Counted from the first letter of the stretch, positions 37,389 through 49,069 are shown. The stretch: DNA of 53,681 bases from Gemmatimonadota bacterium (GCA_039656555.1 JBDHLU010000004.1:1-53681), one strand, 5' to 3'. Notes: a model not told the origin generated them from the letters alone. Numbers and translations are program-made.

Positions 37389-37943
37389 CTAGGGACCGCC
37401 GGTCGTGACCCGTTGAATCACAATGTTGGTGAGGTTGAGGCTCGGGTCTGCCGAGATGATTTGGTTGCCCGGTGTAGACACGTTGAAGATCAAGCCGATG
37501 TTCCGTTCTGCTCGAAGCCCGTCGATGACGGCTTGGATGCGTGCCTCGAAGGGCGCCAGAAGTTCGGTGTTGCGCTCTTGTGCTCGTTGGGTGAGTTCCT
37601 GCTCCCGCGTTTGGGCTTGTTGCTGCATCTGCCCCAACTCTGTCTGTCGTTGTTGCCGCACTGTTGGGGAAAGCATGGGCTCCTGTTGCTGGTACGCCGC
37701 CACGGCCGAGTCGAACGACACTCGTAGCGCCTCGACTTCGGCCTGGTAACTCGCGATGTCCCGTGTGAAGGTCGATTCGGCCTGCGCGTACCCCGGCATT
37801 TGCGGGAGAATCAGTTCCGACTCGACGAAGGCGATCATAGTGGCCGGTTGCTGTGGAATGGCGGCCACTCCTGCCACCAGCAGTACGGTTACCGCGATCA
37901 ACGCCCACGGTCGGGTTCTCAAACGATTATTGCTCATAGTCAC
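37389..37943 (-). CDS. skp: OmpH/Skp periplasmic chaperone
   Basis: Signal peptide, IAFV strand, Gln-rich coiled coil, position between bamA and lpxD (start may be the ATG at 37937). Confidence 0.85.
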   Translation of the reverse strand: MTMSNNRLRTRPWALIAVTVLLVAGVAAIPQQPATMIAFVESELILPQMPGYAQAESTFTRDIASYQAEVEALRVSFDSAVAAYQQQEPMLSPTVRQQRQTELGQMQQQAQTREQELTQRAQERNTELLAPFEARIQAVIDGLRAERNIGLIFNVSTPGNQIISADPSLNLTNIVIQRVTTGGP

Positions 37944-37964
37944 TATTCCAGGGATGGTGAGAAT

Positions 37965-40346
37965 TTAGAAGAAGTTGCCTAGTCTGAAGTGGAATTTCCA
38001 CTTGGGTGTTGCCCGTCCACTTAGGTCCACGCGGTCGAACCCGTATGCGTAATCCAGTCCGATGGGTCCGAGCGGGGTGATCATGGCGAGCCCAACCCCT
38101 GCACCACGAAACATTCGGGTGGGGTTGAACTGCCCGGATCGGGACCACACGTTGCCCGCGTCCATGAAAATGTTGGTATAGATCGACTGGCTGAGTCGCA
38201 AGCCAATCTCACCCGATGCCCAAAAGTACGACCGCGCAAACGCGTCAACGCTGCTTGCATTCGAGCCGCTCGCTGAGGCGTCGAACCCGTTCGGCGTGAT
38301 CGAGAATTCGTCGTATCCGCGCAGCGGGATGCCAAACTGTGTCCCGCCCATGGAGAAGAGCTGACGGAAGTGCGGCCCAGGATCACCCCATATGAACCCG
38401 GCCTGGGCCCCCAATCCCAAAATGAGCTTCATACGACTCGACAACGCGTCTTCGCCGCCCATGTTCTTGAGTGTCGAATACCATCGGCCTTCGAAGACGG
38501 CCTTGCGGAAGTTACCGCTCCCACCCAGCGGTCCACCGGCTTGAGCGACCGTGAAGCGGTGGAGTAGTCCTGCCGACGGGAAGGGAAGATCGATCCGTGT
38601 ATCGCGGACGATGGTGGCACTGATCGCGGAGTAAACGCAGTTGTCGCAGCGGAAAGCCGATTGGAGGGACGGTGAGTCCCAGTTGCTTTGCTCAAAGGTG
38701 TATGTGGTCAGCAACCGCGTGAAGCGCGATCCAAGGAGCGGGAACCCCGCCTGAAGCGTCACTCCGCGTGACTGAATGCGTCCCAGGTCCGCGATGGTGT
38801 ACCGGAGCCGCGAACTGTGCGCCGCGATCATACCCGATATGAGGGATCCGCGGATCGAGGGATCGGTATACGAGACGGTGATGTCGTTGATGTTGCGCCC
38901 GAACTGCCATTGGATCGACCCGCGTTTGCCCCGTCCGAACAGGTTCGGTTCGGCCAATCCAATGAATCCGCCGACGCCGGTTCCCTGCCCCACGGTCGCG
39001 CCGAAATTGATGTTGCCGGTGTGCCGTTCTACCACCTCGAAAATGATGTTCACATCACCCTGTTGGTTGGCAGGCTCGGTACGCGGAATGGGAAGCGGTT
39101 GTTCGAAAAACCCAAGGTTCTGAATGTTCTGATAGGAACGAATCAACGCCGACTGGCGCATCACGTCTCCCGGGACCATAACGATCTGGCGTCGGATGAC
39201 GTCCTCATGCGTGACGGTGTTGCCCCGAATCTCGATCTTGTTGACGATGGCAGGCTGACTCTCGATGATCTGCCAGCGGAGATCCACCACCCGTCGCCCG
39301 TCTTCGGTGGTGCGCCGGGTCGCTGGGGAGTTCACCTGGGCGTAGATGTACCCGTTATTCATGTACAGCGTTTGCACGTTGCCGGTGGCTTCGCCCCAGC
39401 TCGAGCGGTCGAACACGGGCAGCTCGTCGGGGTCGTTCCCTCCCAACCCGAGGAACCCACCATCGGACCGACCAAAGGGGTACACTGATTGTAGCGCTTC
39501 AGTCGCGAACACACGGTTGCCGACGATCTCAAAGGTACCGACCCGGTATTCTTCGCCTTCTTCGACCGTCACGATCAATGCGGCCTTGCCGGTTTCGAAG
39601 TTCACGTCCAAAGAGTCGTCGATTACGTGGAAATCGATGAACCCATGCTTGGCGTAGAAATCCGGAATCCGTTGCCGGATATCGCGGTCGAGTTCCGCTT
39701 CGTCCAGATCTCCCCCCTGGAACCACCAGAATCCTTCCGGCGACGTTTTCATCACGGCGACGATGTCTTCGTCAGGAAATTCCTCGTTGCCTTCGATGAT
39801 GACTCGGCTGATCGTTACTCGCCGTCCTTCCCGGACGTCGAATACGACCTGGATCGATCCGTCGTCGAGTTCGACCTCTCGGACCACGACGTCGGTTTGG
39901 TAATAACCTTCGTCCTCATAGAGTGAGTCGATCGATGCGCGTGAACGCGTGGCCGCGACATGGTCGTAAGGGAGGCCCGGGATCAGGCGAATGCGTCCTC
40001 GCACTCGCCGCTCCGAAACCTCTTCGGGCCCACGGACGGACCAGTTGTCGAGTATCGGGAGTTCCGTGACCACGAGCTCGAGCACCTCCCGCCCGTCGAT
40101 CGTACCCTGATACACCTGGACGTCACTGTATTGGCCGGTATTGTACAGGGCCTCGATGCCGCGTTGGACGTTACGAAACGAGATCGGCTCGCCGGTTGGA
40201 ATGCCCGCAGTGGCCAGAATGGCTCCCCGCGTATTGCGTTCGTTGCCAGACACCGCAATGCTATCGATCACGGTGATCTCCTGCTGGGCCGTGAGCGGAG
40301 TGCCCGCGGCAATCAGGATTGCGACAACAACGACGAATCTCCGCAC
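37965..40346 (-). CDS. bamA: Outer membrane protein assembly factor BamA
   Basis: Signal peptide from GTG 40346, POTRA repeats (GN..T...VIRR), NLFGRG, LRGY, TPLGPIGLDY, C-terminal Phe. Confidence 0.95.
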   Translation of the reverse strand: MRRFVVVVAILIAAGTPLTAQQEITVIDSIAVSGNERNTRGAILATAGIPTGEPISFRNVQRGIEALYNTGQYSDVQVYQGTIDGREVLELVVTELPILDNWSVRGPEEVSERRVRGRIRLIPGLPYDHVAATRSRASIDSLYEDEGYYQTDVVVREVELDDGSIQVVFDVREGRRVTISRVIIEGNEEFPDEDIVAVMKTSPEGFWWFQGGDLDEAELDRDIRQRIPDFYAKHGFIDFHVIDDSLDVNFETGKAALIVTVEEGEEYRVGTFEIVGNRVFATEALQSVYPFGRSDGGFLGLGGNDPDELPVFDRSSWGEATGNVQTLYMNNGYIYAQVNSPATRRTTEDGRRVVDLRWQIIESQPAIVNKIEIRGNTVTHEDVIRRQIVMVPGDVMRQSALIRSYQNIQNLGFFEQPLPIPRTEPANQQGDVNIIFEVVERHTGNINFGATVGQGTGVGGFIGLAEPNLFGRGKRGSIQWQFGRNINDITVSYTDPSIRGSLISGMIAAHSSRLRYTIADLGRIQSRGVTLQAGFPLLGSRFTRLLTTYTFEQSNWDSPSLQSAFRCDNCVYSAISATIVRDTRIDLPFPSAGLLHRFTVAQAGGPLGGSGNFRKAVFEGRWYSTLKNMGGEDALSSRMKLILGLGAQAGFIWGDPGPHFRQLFSMGGTQFGIPLRGYDEFSITPNGFDASASGSNASSVDAFARSYFWASGEIGLRLSQSIYTNIFMDAGNVWSRSGQFNPTRMFRGAGVGLAMITPLGPIGLDYAYGFDRVDLSGRATPKWKFHFRLGNFF

Positions 40347-40350
40347 GGAA

Positions 40351-42840
40351 CTACGCTGTCGTCCCCGAACCGGACAGAGATTTGCTGAACATGAGCTTTT
40401 CCCCGTCGGGGTCGACATCGATCGAGATATTGTCGCCCGGCGTGAACTCGCCCATGAGGATCTTGTCGGAGAGCGGATCTTCGATGTAGCGTTGAATAGC
40501 GCGCTTCAAAGGCCGCGCGCCAAATGCCTCGTCGTACCCGTGCTCGACGAGAAATTCCGTGGCCGCATCAGTTCGGGTCAGCGTGTAGCCGTCTCCAGCC
40601 AGGCGTTGCTGCACCATGGCAAACACGATGCCCACGATCTCCGTGATGTGTTCCCGGCTCAGCGCATGGAACACGATGACGTCGTCGAGCCGATTGAGGA
40701 ACTCGGGATTGAATACCCGGTCTACCTCGTCCCGGACCTTCTTTTCCATCATCGAGAAGTTGGTCTCGCTGTCTGACTCATGGAAGCCCAGAGCCTTGCC
40801 CTTTGTGATGTCGCGCGCACCGACGTTCGACGTCATGATCACCACCGTGTTCTTGAAGTCGATCTTCCGACCGTAGTTGTCGGTGAGGTGGCCTTCATCC
40901 AACACTTGCAGAAGGATGTTGAACACATCGGGATGCGCCTTTTCGATCTCGTCGAGGAGCACCACCGAGTAAGGCTTCCGTCGAACCGCCTTGGTCAATG
41001 CGCCCGAGTCTTCGTACCCGACGTATCCCGGCGGAGCGCCGATCAACCTGCTGACGCTGAATTTTTCCATGTATTCGGACATGTCGACCCGAATGAGTGC
41101 CTGCTCGTCCGCGAACAGGAATCGGGTGAGCGCCCGCGCGAGTTCTGTCTTGCCGACGCCGGTCGGTCCGCAGAATATGAAAGTTCCGATGGGCCGTTTC
41201 GGATCCTTTAGGCCGGCTCGCGACCGCCGGATCGCTCGCGCGATCGCGTCGATGGCTTGATCCTGTCCTACGATGGACTTGTGGATCTCCTCTTCCATCC
41301 GTAGCAGTCGTTGGGTCTCGGCTTCCTGCAAACGCGTCACCGGAATACCCGTCCAGCGGGACACGATGAAGGCGACCTCTTCCTCGGTAATCGTGGGCCG
41401 GTGGGTTTGGCGTTCTTTTTCCCACTCCTCCTGTCGCTTGCGGATCTCGCCTTGACGTTCCCGCTCTTGATCGCGCAGGCCGGCGGCCAGCTCGAAGTTT
41501 TGGTCGCGGACCGCGTCCTCCTTTTCACGGTTGATTCGCTCGAGATGCTCCTTTAGCTCGGCAACCTCCGGCGGCGGCACTTGCGCAGCCAGCCGCGAAC
41601 GGGCCGCGGCCTCGTCAATGACATCGATGGCCTTGTCCGGTAGGAACCGGTCCGTGATGTATCGCTCGGAGTGTTGCGCAGCTAATTCGAGCGTACGGTC
41701 GGGGATGACGACCCGGTGATGGTCTTCGTATCGCTCGCGGAGCCCCTTCAGGATCTCGACCGTCTCTTCTACGGTGGGCGGGTCTACGATCACGGTTTGG
41801 AACCGCCGTTCGAGAGCGCCATCCTTTTCGATGTATTTGCGATACTCATTCAGTGTCGATGCTCCAACACATTGGAGCTCCCCTCGTGCGAGCGCGGGCT
41901 TCAACATATTGGATGCATCGATGGCCCCTTCCGCCGCACCTGCCCCTACCAGTGTGTGGAGTTCATCTATGAACAGGACCACGTTCTTGTTCTGCACGAT
42001 CTCGTTCATTACGGCCTTGAGGCGTTCCTCGAACTGCCCCCGGTATTTGGTGCCCGCGATGACCGCGGCCATGTCCAGCGCCAACACGCGGTGGTCATGG
42101 AGCGAATCCGGCGCGTTCCCGGCTGCGATGAGCTGAGCCAAGCCCTCGACGATCGCGGTCTTTCCGACGCCGGCTTCACCGATGAGCACAGGGTTGTTCT
42201 TCTTGCGGCGCGACAACACTTCGATGACACGTTCGATCTCGGAAGTGCGCCCGATGGTCGGGTCCAGCTCTCCCTCGGCAGCAAGTGCTGTGAGATCGCG
42301 ACAAAAGTGGTCGAGCGCCGGCGTCTTGGACTTCTTCTCGCCCGGGCGGGCGGCCTCGCTTGGTGCGGTTCCCGCCTTCCCACCGCTCGCCGGCATGTCC
42401 GACCCCAAGAGCCGTAGTGTCTCGGCGCGCGCCTGCTCGAGGTTGACCCCGGCATCGGCCAGGACTTGAGCGGCGATGCCCTTTTCTTCGCGAAGGAGCC
42501 CCAGCAGGAGGTGCTCGGTTCCTACGTACGAGTGGTTCAGCTCTCGCGCTTCGCTCATCGCCAGCTCGAGCACCTTCTTGGCTCGTGACGTATAGGGGAG
42601 GTCCGGACCTTCCGGCGCCGGCGCTTTTCCCTTCTTGACCGTCTCCTCGATTTTCTGCTGAATCTCGTCGAGGTCCACGTTCAAATTGGTCAGGACAGCC
42701 GCCGCCACACCCTCACCTTCGCGAATGAGTCCAAGGAGGATGTGTTCGGTGCCAACGTACTCGTGATGGAGGCGCGCTGCCTCTTCGCGAGCCATCTGGA
42801 GGACCTTACGAACTCGGTCTGTGAAGTTGTATCCGTTCAT
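40351..42840 (-). CDS. clpC: ATP-dependent Clp protease ATPase ClpC
   Basis: Two Clp N repeats (GTEH.LLGL), [11 protein letters not shown]-like middle domain, GPTGVGKT; downstream of mcsA-mcsB. Confidence 0.95.
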   Translation of the reverse strand: MNGYNFTDRVRKVLQMAREEAARLHHEYVGTEHILLGLIREGEGVAAAVLTNLNVDLDEIQQKIEETVKKGKAPAPEGPDLPYTSRAKKVLELAMSEARELNHSYVGTEHLLLGLLREEKGIAAQVLADAGVNLEQARAETLRLLGSDMPASGGKAGTAPSEAARPGEKKSKTPALDHFCRDLTALAAEGELDPTIGRTSEIERVIEVLSRRKKNNPVLIGEAGVGKTAIVEGLAQLIAAGNAPDSLHDHRVLALDMAAVIAGTKYRGQFEERLKAVMNEIVQNKNVVLFIDELHTLVGAGAAEGAIDASNMLKPALARGELQCVGASTLNEYRKYIEKDGALERRFQTVIVDPPTVEETVEILKGLRERYEDHHRVVIPDRTLELAAQHSERYITDRFLPDKAIDVIDEAAARSRLAAQVPPPEVAELKEHLERINREKEDAVRDQNFELAAGLRDQERERQGEIRKRQEEWEKERQTHRPTITEEEVAFIVSRWTGIPVTRLQEAETQRLLRMEEEIHKSIVGQDQAIDAIARAIRRSRAGLKDPKRPIGTFIFCGPTGVGKTELARALTRFLFADEQALIRVDMSEYMEKFSVSRLIGAPPGYVGYEDSGALTKAVRRKPYSVVLLDEIEKAHPDVFNILLQVLDEGHLTDNYGRKIDFKNTVVIMTSNVGARDITKGKALGFHESDSETNFSMMEKKVRDEVDRVFNPEFLNRLDDVIVFHALSREHITEIVGIVFAMVQQRLAGDGYTLTRTDAATEFLVEHGYDEAFGARPLKRAIQRYIEDPLSDKILMGEFTPGDNISIDVDPDGEKLMFSKSLSGSGTTA

Positions 42841-42865
42841 CTACTCACTCGTCTCGCTTTCATCG

Positions 42866-43957
42866 TTACCGTGCCATCCGATTGGCGTCCGCTTCGAGAA
42901 GATCGCGCACGTAACGCGCGCGTTCCGTGCGGCGCTCCGAATCGGACAGCGGCCGGCCATGCCGATAGGCCAAGTGGGCCGGCTGCGTGAAGATGAGAAG
43001 CTTGTTCAGGGTGTATACACTGACCTCGGAAATCAGGTTCAATCCAACGCCCAACCGCACGCCACTCGACAAGTTCATGGTCTCCTCGAACGACAGAATC
43101 CGGGCATACCGGAGCCGTCCATAGGCTCGCCATACTTTGTCCTCGATGACGGTCGGCGCCTTCCGTTGCAGAATCTCGCGAGCCTGCTGCTCGTATTCCA
43201 GCACCTGGCTCACCATCTGACTCAGGTGATCCACCAAGGCTTCCTCGGACTTCCCGAGCGTCGTTTGGTTGGAGAGCTGAAAGAAGTTTCCGATGACCTC
43301 GGAACCCTCGCCATAGAGGCCGCGAAAGGTCAGTCCGATCTGGGAGAGGCCCTGCAGGACCTTCCCAATCTCCTTCGTGAGCACTAAGCCCGGAAGGTGA
43401 ATGAGAACGGACGCTCGGAGCCCCGTTCCGGCGTTCGTCGGGCACGCGGTAAGGTAACCGAATTCGGGGTGGAAGGCGACCGGCAAACGGGCCCCTAAGT
43501 CCGTGTCGAGGCGTTCGATAGCGGGGTATGCGGACTCCAGCGCGAACCCGGATTCGAGGGTTTGCAAACGCAGGTGATCTTCCTCGTTGATCATCACACC
43601 CAACCCACCGGTGGTCAGCAGTCCGGCCCCGGTCCGCGGGCCGGCGGTGGGGCTCCCGAGCCCACCAAGCTCCTTCGAGATCAGATGGCGTTCATGGAGC
43701 AGGATGCGATCGAAAGATTCCAGCTCATCGATGCGATAGAGCACCGCGTCACGCAGCACCGGAGTTTCACGGGCTGCAGCGCAGACATCGTCCAGCACGG
43801 ACATCAGGTCGGCTTTGGATGCGCGAACGGTGAATGGCCGCCCTTGGAGATTCCGTGCCAGGCGAATGCGGGTCGACAGCACGATATGGCTCTCGGGCCC
43901 ACTGGCATCGAGCCAGGACATGCCACCATCGGGAAGGAGCGTGAGGTCGACGGTCAT
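42866..43957 (-). CDS. mcsB: Protein arginine kinase McsB
   Basis: STRIRLARN, MINEEDHLR, GYLTACPTNAGTGLRAS, RGLYGEGS, FQLSNQTTLG. Confidence 0.94.
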   Translation of the reverse strand: MTVDLTLLPDGGMSWLDASGPESHIVLSTRIRLARNLQGRPFTVRASKADLMSVLDDVCAAARETPVLRDAVLYRIDELESFDRILLHERHLISKELGGLGSPTAGPRTGAGLLTTGGLGVMINEEDHLRLQTLESGFALESAYPAIERLDTDLGARLPVAFHPEFGYLTACPTNAGTGLRASVLIHLPGLVLTKEIGKVLQGLSQIGLTFRGLYGEGSEVIGNFFQLSNQTTLGKSEEALVDHLSQMVSQVLEYEQQAREILQRKAPTVIEDKVWRAYGRLRYARILSFEETMNLSSGVRLGVGLNLISEVSVYTLNKLLIFTQPAHLAYRHGRPLSDSERRTERARYVRDLLEADANRMAR

Positions 43958-44451
43958 TCCAACTCCCGAATCCGGTCACGCAGTTCTGCGGCGGCTTCGA
44001 AATCTTCGGCGTTTATGGAGCGTTGGAGCTGGTTACGAAGGTGGGTGAGTTCAGGCGCCGGGCTCGTCGGGTCTACGTCACCCGGCGTCAGATAGACCTC
44101 GCCCACATGCTGAGTCGATCCGTGGATCCGCCGCAGTAGTTCGCGCAGATGTGAGTCGAACGTATCGTAGCAATGCGGACAGCCCAGCCGTCCAGTGTCC
44201 CGGAAATCCTGCAGAGTTGCATCACAGAATTCGCAGTGCCGCATATCGGTTGTTGCGGGAAGCGCAACGGAGGCCGCGGTGCCCATGCCGACGGACGCCA
44301 GGAACCCGGCCAACGGCAGCTTCGACACCCCGGTGTGCACGCCCTCTTGTTCCGCGCATTCTTCACACAGATGGGACGAGGTCACCTCGTTGTCCTTGAT
44401 TTGCTTCAAGTGAATCGATGCCGGTCGCTGACCGCAGCGTTCGCATTGCAT
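43954..44451 (-). CDS. mcsA: McsA (protein arginine kinase activator)
   Basis: Four CxxC pairs, GRLGCPHCY, RIHG, C-terminal UVR motif EDFEAAAELRDRI. Confidence 0.92.
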   Translation of the reverse strand: MQCERCGQRPASIHLKQIKDNEVTSSHLCEECAEQEGVHTGVSKLPLAGFLASVGMGTAASVALPATTDMRHCEFCDATLQDFRDTGRLGCPHCYDTFDSHLRELLRRIHGSTQHVGEVYLTPGDVDPTSPAPELTHLRNQLQRSINAEDFEAAAELRDRIRELE

Positions 44452-45152
44452 CAGAGTAGTACCTCCGATGATTCCGCCTCCGACAGGCGACCATCTTGCA
44501 GTCGGAGAATCCGATCGGCGGACTCCGCGAGTTCACGGTTGTGCGTGACCACGATCAGCGTGGTCTCGAGTTTGCGCACTATGTCGAATAAGAGATCGTG
44601 CAACCGCTCCGAATGGACGTGGTCGAGGTTGCCGCTGGGTTCGTCCGCCAGCAGTACTTTAGGCTCAGTCACGAGGGCTCGAGCGACCGCACAGCGTTGC
44701 TGTTCTCCGCCGGACAACTGCGCCGGTCGATGCTTCAGCCGACTGCTCAAACCGACCGATTCCAGCATTGCCGCAGCCCGGTCACGGGCCGTCTTCTGCG
44801 GCACGCCTCCGATCGCCAAGGGCATCATCACGTTTTCCAGCACATCGAAGTCGCGCAGGAGATGGTGGAACTGAAACACGAAACCAATGTCCCTATTGCG
44901 GAGCGTGTCGCGAGTGTCGGGGGCCAGGGTCGAGTAGGGTGTGCCATCCAACCAGATCTCGCCGTCCGTCGGTGTGTCGAGGGCGCCAAGAAGGTGGAGC
45001 AGCGTGCTCTTTCCCGATCCACTGGCACCGACGATCGAAACGATCTGACCGCGCGCCACGCTGACGTCCACGTTTTCGAGCACTTCTACGAGTTCCAGGT
45101 TGCCTTCTTGGAACACCTTGCGGAGCCCCCGCGCCTCGAGCATCGCGGTCAT
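44451..45152 (-). CDS. lolD: Lipoprotein-releasing ABC transporter ATPase
   Basis: GASGSGKST, GFVFQFHHLL, LSGGEQQR, ADEPSGNLD. Confidence 0.9.
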   Translation of the reverse strand: MTAMLEARGLRKVFQEGNLELVEVLENVDVSVARGQIVSIVGASGSGKSTLLHLLGALDTPTDGEIWLDGTPYSTLAPDTRDTLRNRDIGFVFQFHHLLRDFDVLENVMMPLAIGGVPQKTARDRAAAMLESVGLSSRLKHRPAQLSGGEQQRCAVARALVTEPKVLLADEPSGNLDHVHSERLHDLLFDIVRKLETTLIVVTHNRELAESADRILRLQDGRLSEAESSEVLL

Positions 45153-46396
45153 TCGTAGCGAATCGCATCTACCGGATTCAGCATTCCGGCCTGTCGCGCT
45201 GGGTAGAACGTGGCAATGGTTGCGACTGCGATGCTGGCCACAATCACGATGGCCACGTCAAGAGGGTGGAATCGCACTGGAAGGTGGTCGATGAAATACA
45301 CACTTGGATCGAGGGAAATGAGATGCCGCTGATCGAAGACGCGGCCGACGACTAGGCCCAGCGTGGTTCCAAGAGCGGTGCCCACGAGCCCGATGACGGC
45401 CCCCTGGAAGATGAACATCCGCCTTACGGCCGCTGCCGGCAGGCCCATGGCGCGCAGAATGCCAATCTCGCGCGTTTTTTCCGTCACGAGCATGGTGAGC
45501 GTGCTGACGATGTTGAAGGCCGCCACCACCACGATAAGCAGAAGCACCACCCCCATGGCGAGCTTTTCGAGTTGGAGGGCCGCGAAGAGCTGGCTGTTCT
45601 GTTTTTGCCAGTCTTCCGCCCTGTACCTCGGGCCCAGGGATTCGGCGAGTTCAGTTCCAACCTCCGGTGCAATCCACGGATCCAAGAGGCGGACTTGCAG
45701 ACCAGTTACGGCCGTGTCGAGCGCCGCGAACTCTTGCGCGATGGTACGGGACATCACCGAATAGGCGTTGTCATACTCGTACATTCCGGTCTCGAAAATC
45801 CCGGTGACCTCGAAGAACCATATCTTGGGGTAGAACGCTCCGAGAGACGCGCTGTATGTGCTGCCGCCGGGTGACACCAGGCGCACGCGGTCTCCAGGGT
45901 AAGCCGACATCCTCCGCGCGATCCCACTTCCCAGCACGATTGCCCCATCTACGTCGCTCCGCGTTGTCGAGAACGAGAGGTCGCCACTCAAAAATGTCGC
46001 GGCAATCGGTGTGGCGGCAGCAGTTCCCGTATCGGGCTCGATACCGAGGACGTAGAGCCCTTCGTTGTAATCGTAACCTGCGTTGATGAGCCCTTGGGTC
46101 AACACGAAAGGATGGACAGATACCACTTCGGGATGTTCGCTCACCACACCGAGTGCGTATTGCCAGTTGTCTAGGCGGAGCCCTAGCCCGTAGGTCAGGA
46201 TACTGATATGAGGGCTGGCCACGAAGATCTTGTTGCGGAGTTCCGTCGTCAGGCCGTTCATCACGCCCATCACCACGATCAACGCCATCACGCCGACAGT
46301 GACTCCACCGATCGCGATGAGCGAAATGAGCGAAATGAGCCGTGAAGATCGGCGACTGCGCAGATAGCGCGACGCCAGGCGGACGTCCAGCCTCAT
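45149..46396 (-). CDS. Lipoprotein-releasing ABC transporter permease (LolC/E family)
   Basis: GVTVGVMALIVVMGVMNG, AAFNIVSTL, KTREIGILRAMG, YPARQA. Confidence 0.9.
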   Translation of the reverse strand: MRLDVRLASRYLRSRRSSRLISLISLIAIGGVTVGVMALIVVMGVMNGLTTELRNKIFVASPHISILTYGLGLRLDNWQYALGVVSEHPEVVSVHPFVLTQGLINAGYDYNEGLYVLGIEPDTGTAAATPIAATFLSGDLSFSTTRSDVDGAIVLGSGIARRMSAYPGDRVRLVSPGGSTYSASLGAFYPKIWFFEVTGIFETGMYEYDNAYSVMSRTIAQEFAALDTAVTGLQVRLLDPWIAPEVGTELAESLGPRYRAEDWQKQNSQLFAALQLEKLAMGVVLLLIVVVAAFNIVSTLTMLVTEKTREIGILRAMGLPAAAVRRMFIFQGAVIGLVGTALGTTLGLVVGRVFDQRHLISLDPSVYFIDHLPVRFHPLDVAIVIVASIAVATIATFYPARQAGMLNPVDAIRYE

Positions 46397-47898
46397 GATT
46401 CCGGCCTCAACATCGGGAACAGGATCACCTCGCGAATGGAGTGTTCCCCCGCCAATAACATGACCAGCCGATCGATCCCCATTCCAAAACCGCCGGTTGG
46501 GGGCATGCCGTACTCCAGGGCGCGCAGGTAGTCCTCGTCGATCGGGTGGGCCTCGTCGTCACCTTCCGTTCGGGATCGGGCCTGTGCCTCGAAACGGGCG
46601 CGTTGATCTTCCGGGTCGTTGAGCTCGCTGAAGGCATTCGCAATCTCTTGCCCGTTGATGTACAACTCGAACCGCTCCGCCAGCCGATCGTTGCCCCGCT
46701 TGGGTTTGGCGAGTGGTGACAATTCGATCGGGTAGTCGATCACGAAGGTGGGTTGCACCAAGTTCGGTTCCACGAATTCGCCGAAGACCTCATCTACGGC
46801 TTTCACGAAGCCCATGGATGCGGTGTCCTTGACGCCCCGTTCGTCCAGCGCCTTGCGCAGCTCCTCGACCGTGGCCTTGGCAAGGTCGATCTTGGCATGC
46901 TGCTCGATGAGCTGTACGTAGGGGCGTCGCGGCCATGGGCGGGTGAAATCGAATGTCGTGTCGAAACGGTCGACCGTTGCGCTACCCGCGACTTCGGTGA
47001 CGACACCATGGATCATCTCTTCGGTCATCTCCATGATGTCGTTGTAGTCCATGTACGCGCGGTAGAACTCCAACATGGTGAATTCCGGATTGTGCGTCCG
47101 GTCGACACCCTCGTTGCGAAAATCCTTCCCAATCTCGTATACGGCTTCGATGCCCCCCACGATGCATCGCTTCAAATACAGCTCTGTAGCGATGCGTAGG
47201 TAGAAGTCGGAGTCCAGCACCTTGTAGAACGTGGTAAACGGGCGCGCTAGCGCGCCGCCGTATAGCGGTTGCAGCACTGGGGTTTCGACTTCGAGGAACC
47301 CCTGCTGATCCAGGTACCGGCGGAGCGCTCTAATCACTTGTGCGCGGAGCTCGAACACGCGGTGCCGCTCGGGGTGAACCGCGAGGTCCGCGTACCGTTG
47401 CCTCGCGCGGAGTTCGGGGTCGTGCAGATCTCCGTGTTGCTCTCCCTCAGAGTCCTGCTTTCCCGTGGGCAGCGGCCGGAGCGCTTTCGAAAGCAACTCG
47501 ACCGTTTCGGCATGAACGGTGACCTCGCCGGTGCGGGTGCGGAACATGTATCCGTTTACCCCAATGTGATCTCCGAGGTCGATCAGTTTTACCAACGCAT
47601 AAGCATCTTCCCCAATGTCGTCGCGCTTGAGGTACGCCTGTACGCGGCCCGATCCATCGACGATATGGAGAAACGTGGTCTTTCCGTGCCCCCGGAGGCC
47701 CATGATTCTGCCGGCCACCCGCACGGGTACCCGAGGCACTTCGCTGCCCGCATTGCCCTCTGCGGTTTCGAACGCGTCGATGGCTGCGGTGGCCATGTGA
47801 GTCCGTTCGAAGCGATATGCGAACGGGGTTACACCGAGCGCTCGGATCTCCATGAGCTTTTCGCGTCGCGCTTCTTCGACGAACGACCGCGTGCTCAC
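46393..47898 (-). CDS. lysS: Lysine--tRNA ligase (class II)
   Basis: OB-fold N-terminus, [41 protein letters not shown]. Confidence 0.97.
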   Translation of the reverse strand: MSTRSFVEEARREKLMEIRALGVTPFAYRFERTHMATAAIDAFETAEGNAGSEVPRVPVRVAGRIMGLRGHGKTTFLHIVDGSGRVQAYLKRDDIGEDAYALVKLIDLGDHIGVNGYMFRTRTGEVTVHAETVELLSKALRPLPTGKQDSEGEQHGDLHDPELRARQRYADLAVHPERHRVFELRAQVIRALRRYLDQQGFLEVETPVLQPLYGGALARPFTTFYKVLDSDFYLRIATELYLKRCIVGGIEAVYEIGKDFRNEGVDRTHNPEFTMLEFYRAYMDYNDIMEMTEEMIHGVVTEVAGSATVDRFDTTFDFTRPWPRRPYVQLIEQHAKIDLAKATVEELRKALDERGVKDTASMGFVKAVDEVFGEFVEPNLVQPTFVIDYPIELSPLAKPKRGNDRLAERFELYINGQEIANAFSELNDPEDQRARFEAQARSRTEGDDEAHPIDEDYLRALEYGMPPTGGFGMGIDRLVMLLAGEHSIREVILFPMLRPES

Positions 47899-49002
47899 GC
47901 TGCCCTACCCCCGAACTGCTTGAGGAAGCTCTCGATGAAAGGATCGATGGACCCATCCATGACCGATTGCACGTCGGAAATCTTGGTCTCGGTGCGGTGG
48001 TCGTTCACCATCGTATAGGGCTGAAACACATACGACCGGATCTGGTTTCCCCAACTGTTATCGGTTTTCGTTGCCTCGACCTTGGCCTTTTCCTTTTCTT
48101 GCTCTTCGAGAGCCCGCTGGTAGAGCGCGGCCTTCAACATCTTGAGGGCCGTAGCTCGATTCTTGTGTTGGCTACGCTCCTGCTGACACGAGACGGCAAT
48201 ACCGGTTGGCAAGTGCCGCAGCCGGACGGCGGACGACGTCTTGTTGACGTGCTGGCCGCCAGCACCGGATGCCCGGAACACCTCCATCTCGATGTCGTCG
48301 TCTTTTAGATCGATCTCTACGGTGTCGTCAACGACGGGGTACACGAACACCGAGGCGAACGATGTGTGGCGCCGAGATTGTGAATCGAACGGCGAAATCC
48401 GCACGAGCCGGTGTACGCCCTTCTCCGCTTTCAGGTACCCATAGGCGTATTCACCAGTGATCTCCATCGCGACCGACTTGATCCCGGCCTCTTCGCCCGG
48501 GAGGAGGTCGAGCAGTTGCACCTTCAAGCCACGGCGTTCGGCCCATCGAGTGTACATCCGCATCAACATCTCGGCCCAGTCCTGCGACTCGGTCCCCCCG
48601 GCACCAGGATGGATAGTCAGCAACGCGTCCCGCCCGTCGTCGGCTCCCTGGAGCATGTTCTGCAGCTCCAGGGCTTTGAGCTTCACGAGCAGCGCCGCAG
48701 CCTCCTCTTCCAAACTCTCTTCGAGTTCGGCGTCGGGATCGTCGGCGATCAACTCGGCGATTTCACATCCATCAGCCGTCCGTTTCTCGATTTCCAAGAA
48801 CGGATCGGTCCAGCGTTTGAGTTGGCGGGTTTCTTCAACGACGACGCGGGCCTTGCCGGAATCGTCCCAGAACCCCGGCTGCGTCATGCTGGCTTCGAGC
48901 TTTTTTAGGCGGGCAATCTTGCTGGCGAGGTCAAAGATAACCTCGGAGTTCCTCGAGTCTCCGTTGAATATCGGCGAGTTGTTCGGTCGCAGCCGTGGGC
49001 AT
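47895..49002 (-). CDS. prfB: Peptide chain release factor 2 with programmed +1 frameshift
   Basis: ATG at 49002 after AGGAG; 23 codons ending in GAGGT-TAT-CTT-TGA-C (CTT-TGA-C at 48936-48930); SPF and GGQ motifs in the +1 frame. Confidence 0.97.
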
Positions 49003-49037
49003 GCGGTCTCCTAGAATGTCAATCCGAATTGCACAAG

Positions 49038-49069
49038 GAGCCGCAGACTCAGCAACGAGTCAGCGGCTC
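49038..49069. other. Stem-loop between the zinc-ribbon gene and prfB
   Basis: GAGCCGC-A-GACTC-(AGCAAC)-GAGTC-A-GCGGCTC: 12 bp with one internal mismatch, no U-tract. Confidence 0.55.

Noticed and set aside
47895-49002. prfB as a pseudogene
   Set aside because: The internal TGA is the canonical programmed frameshift site.
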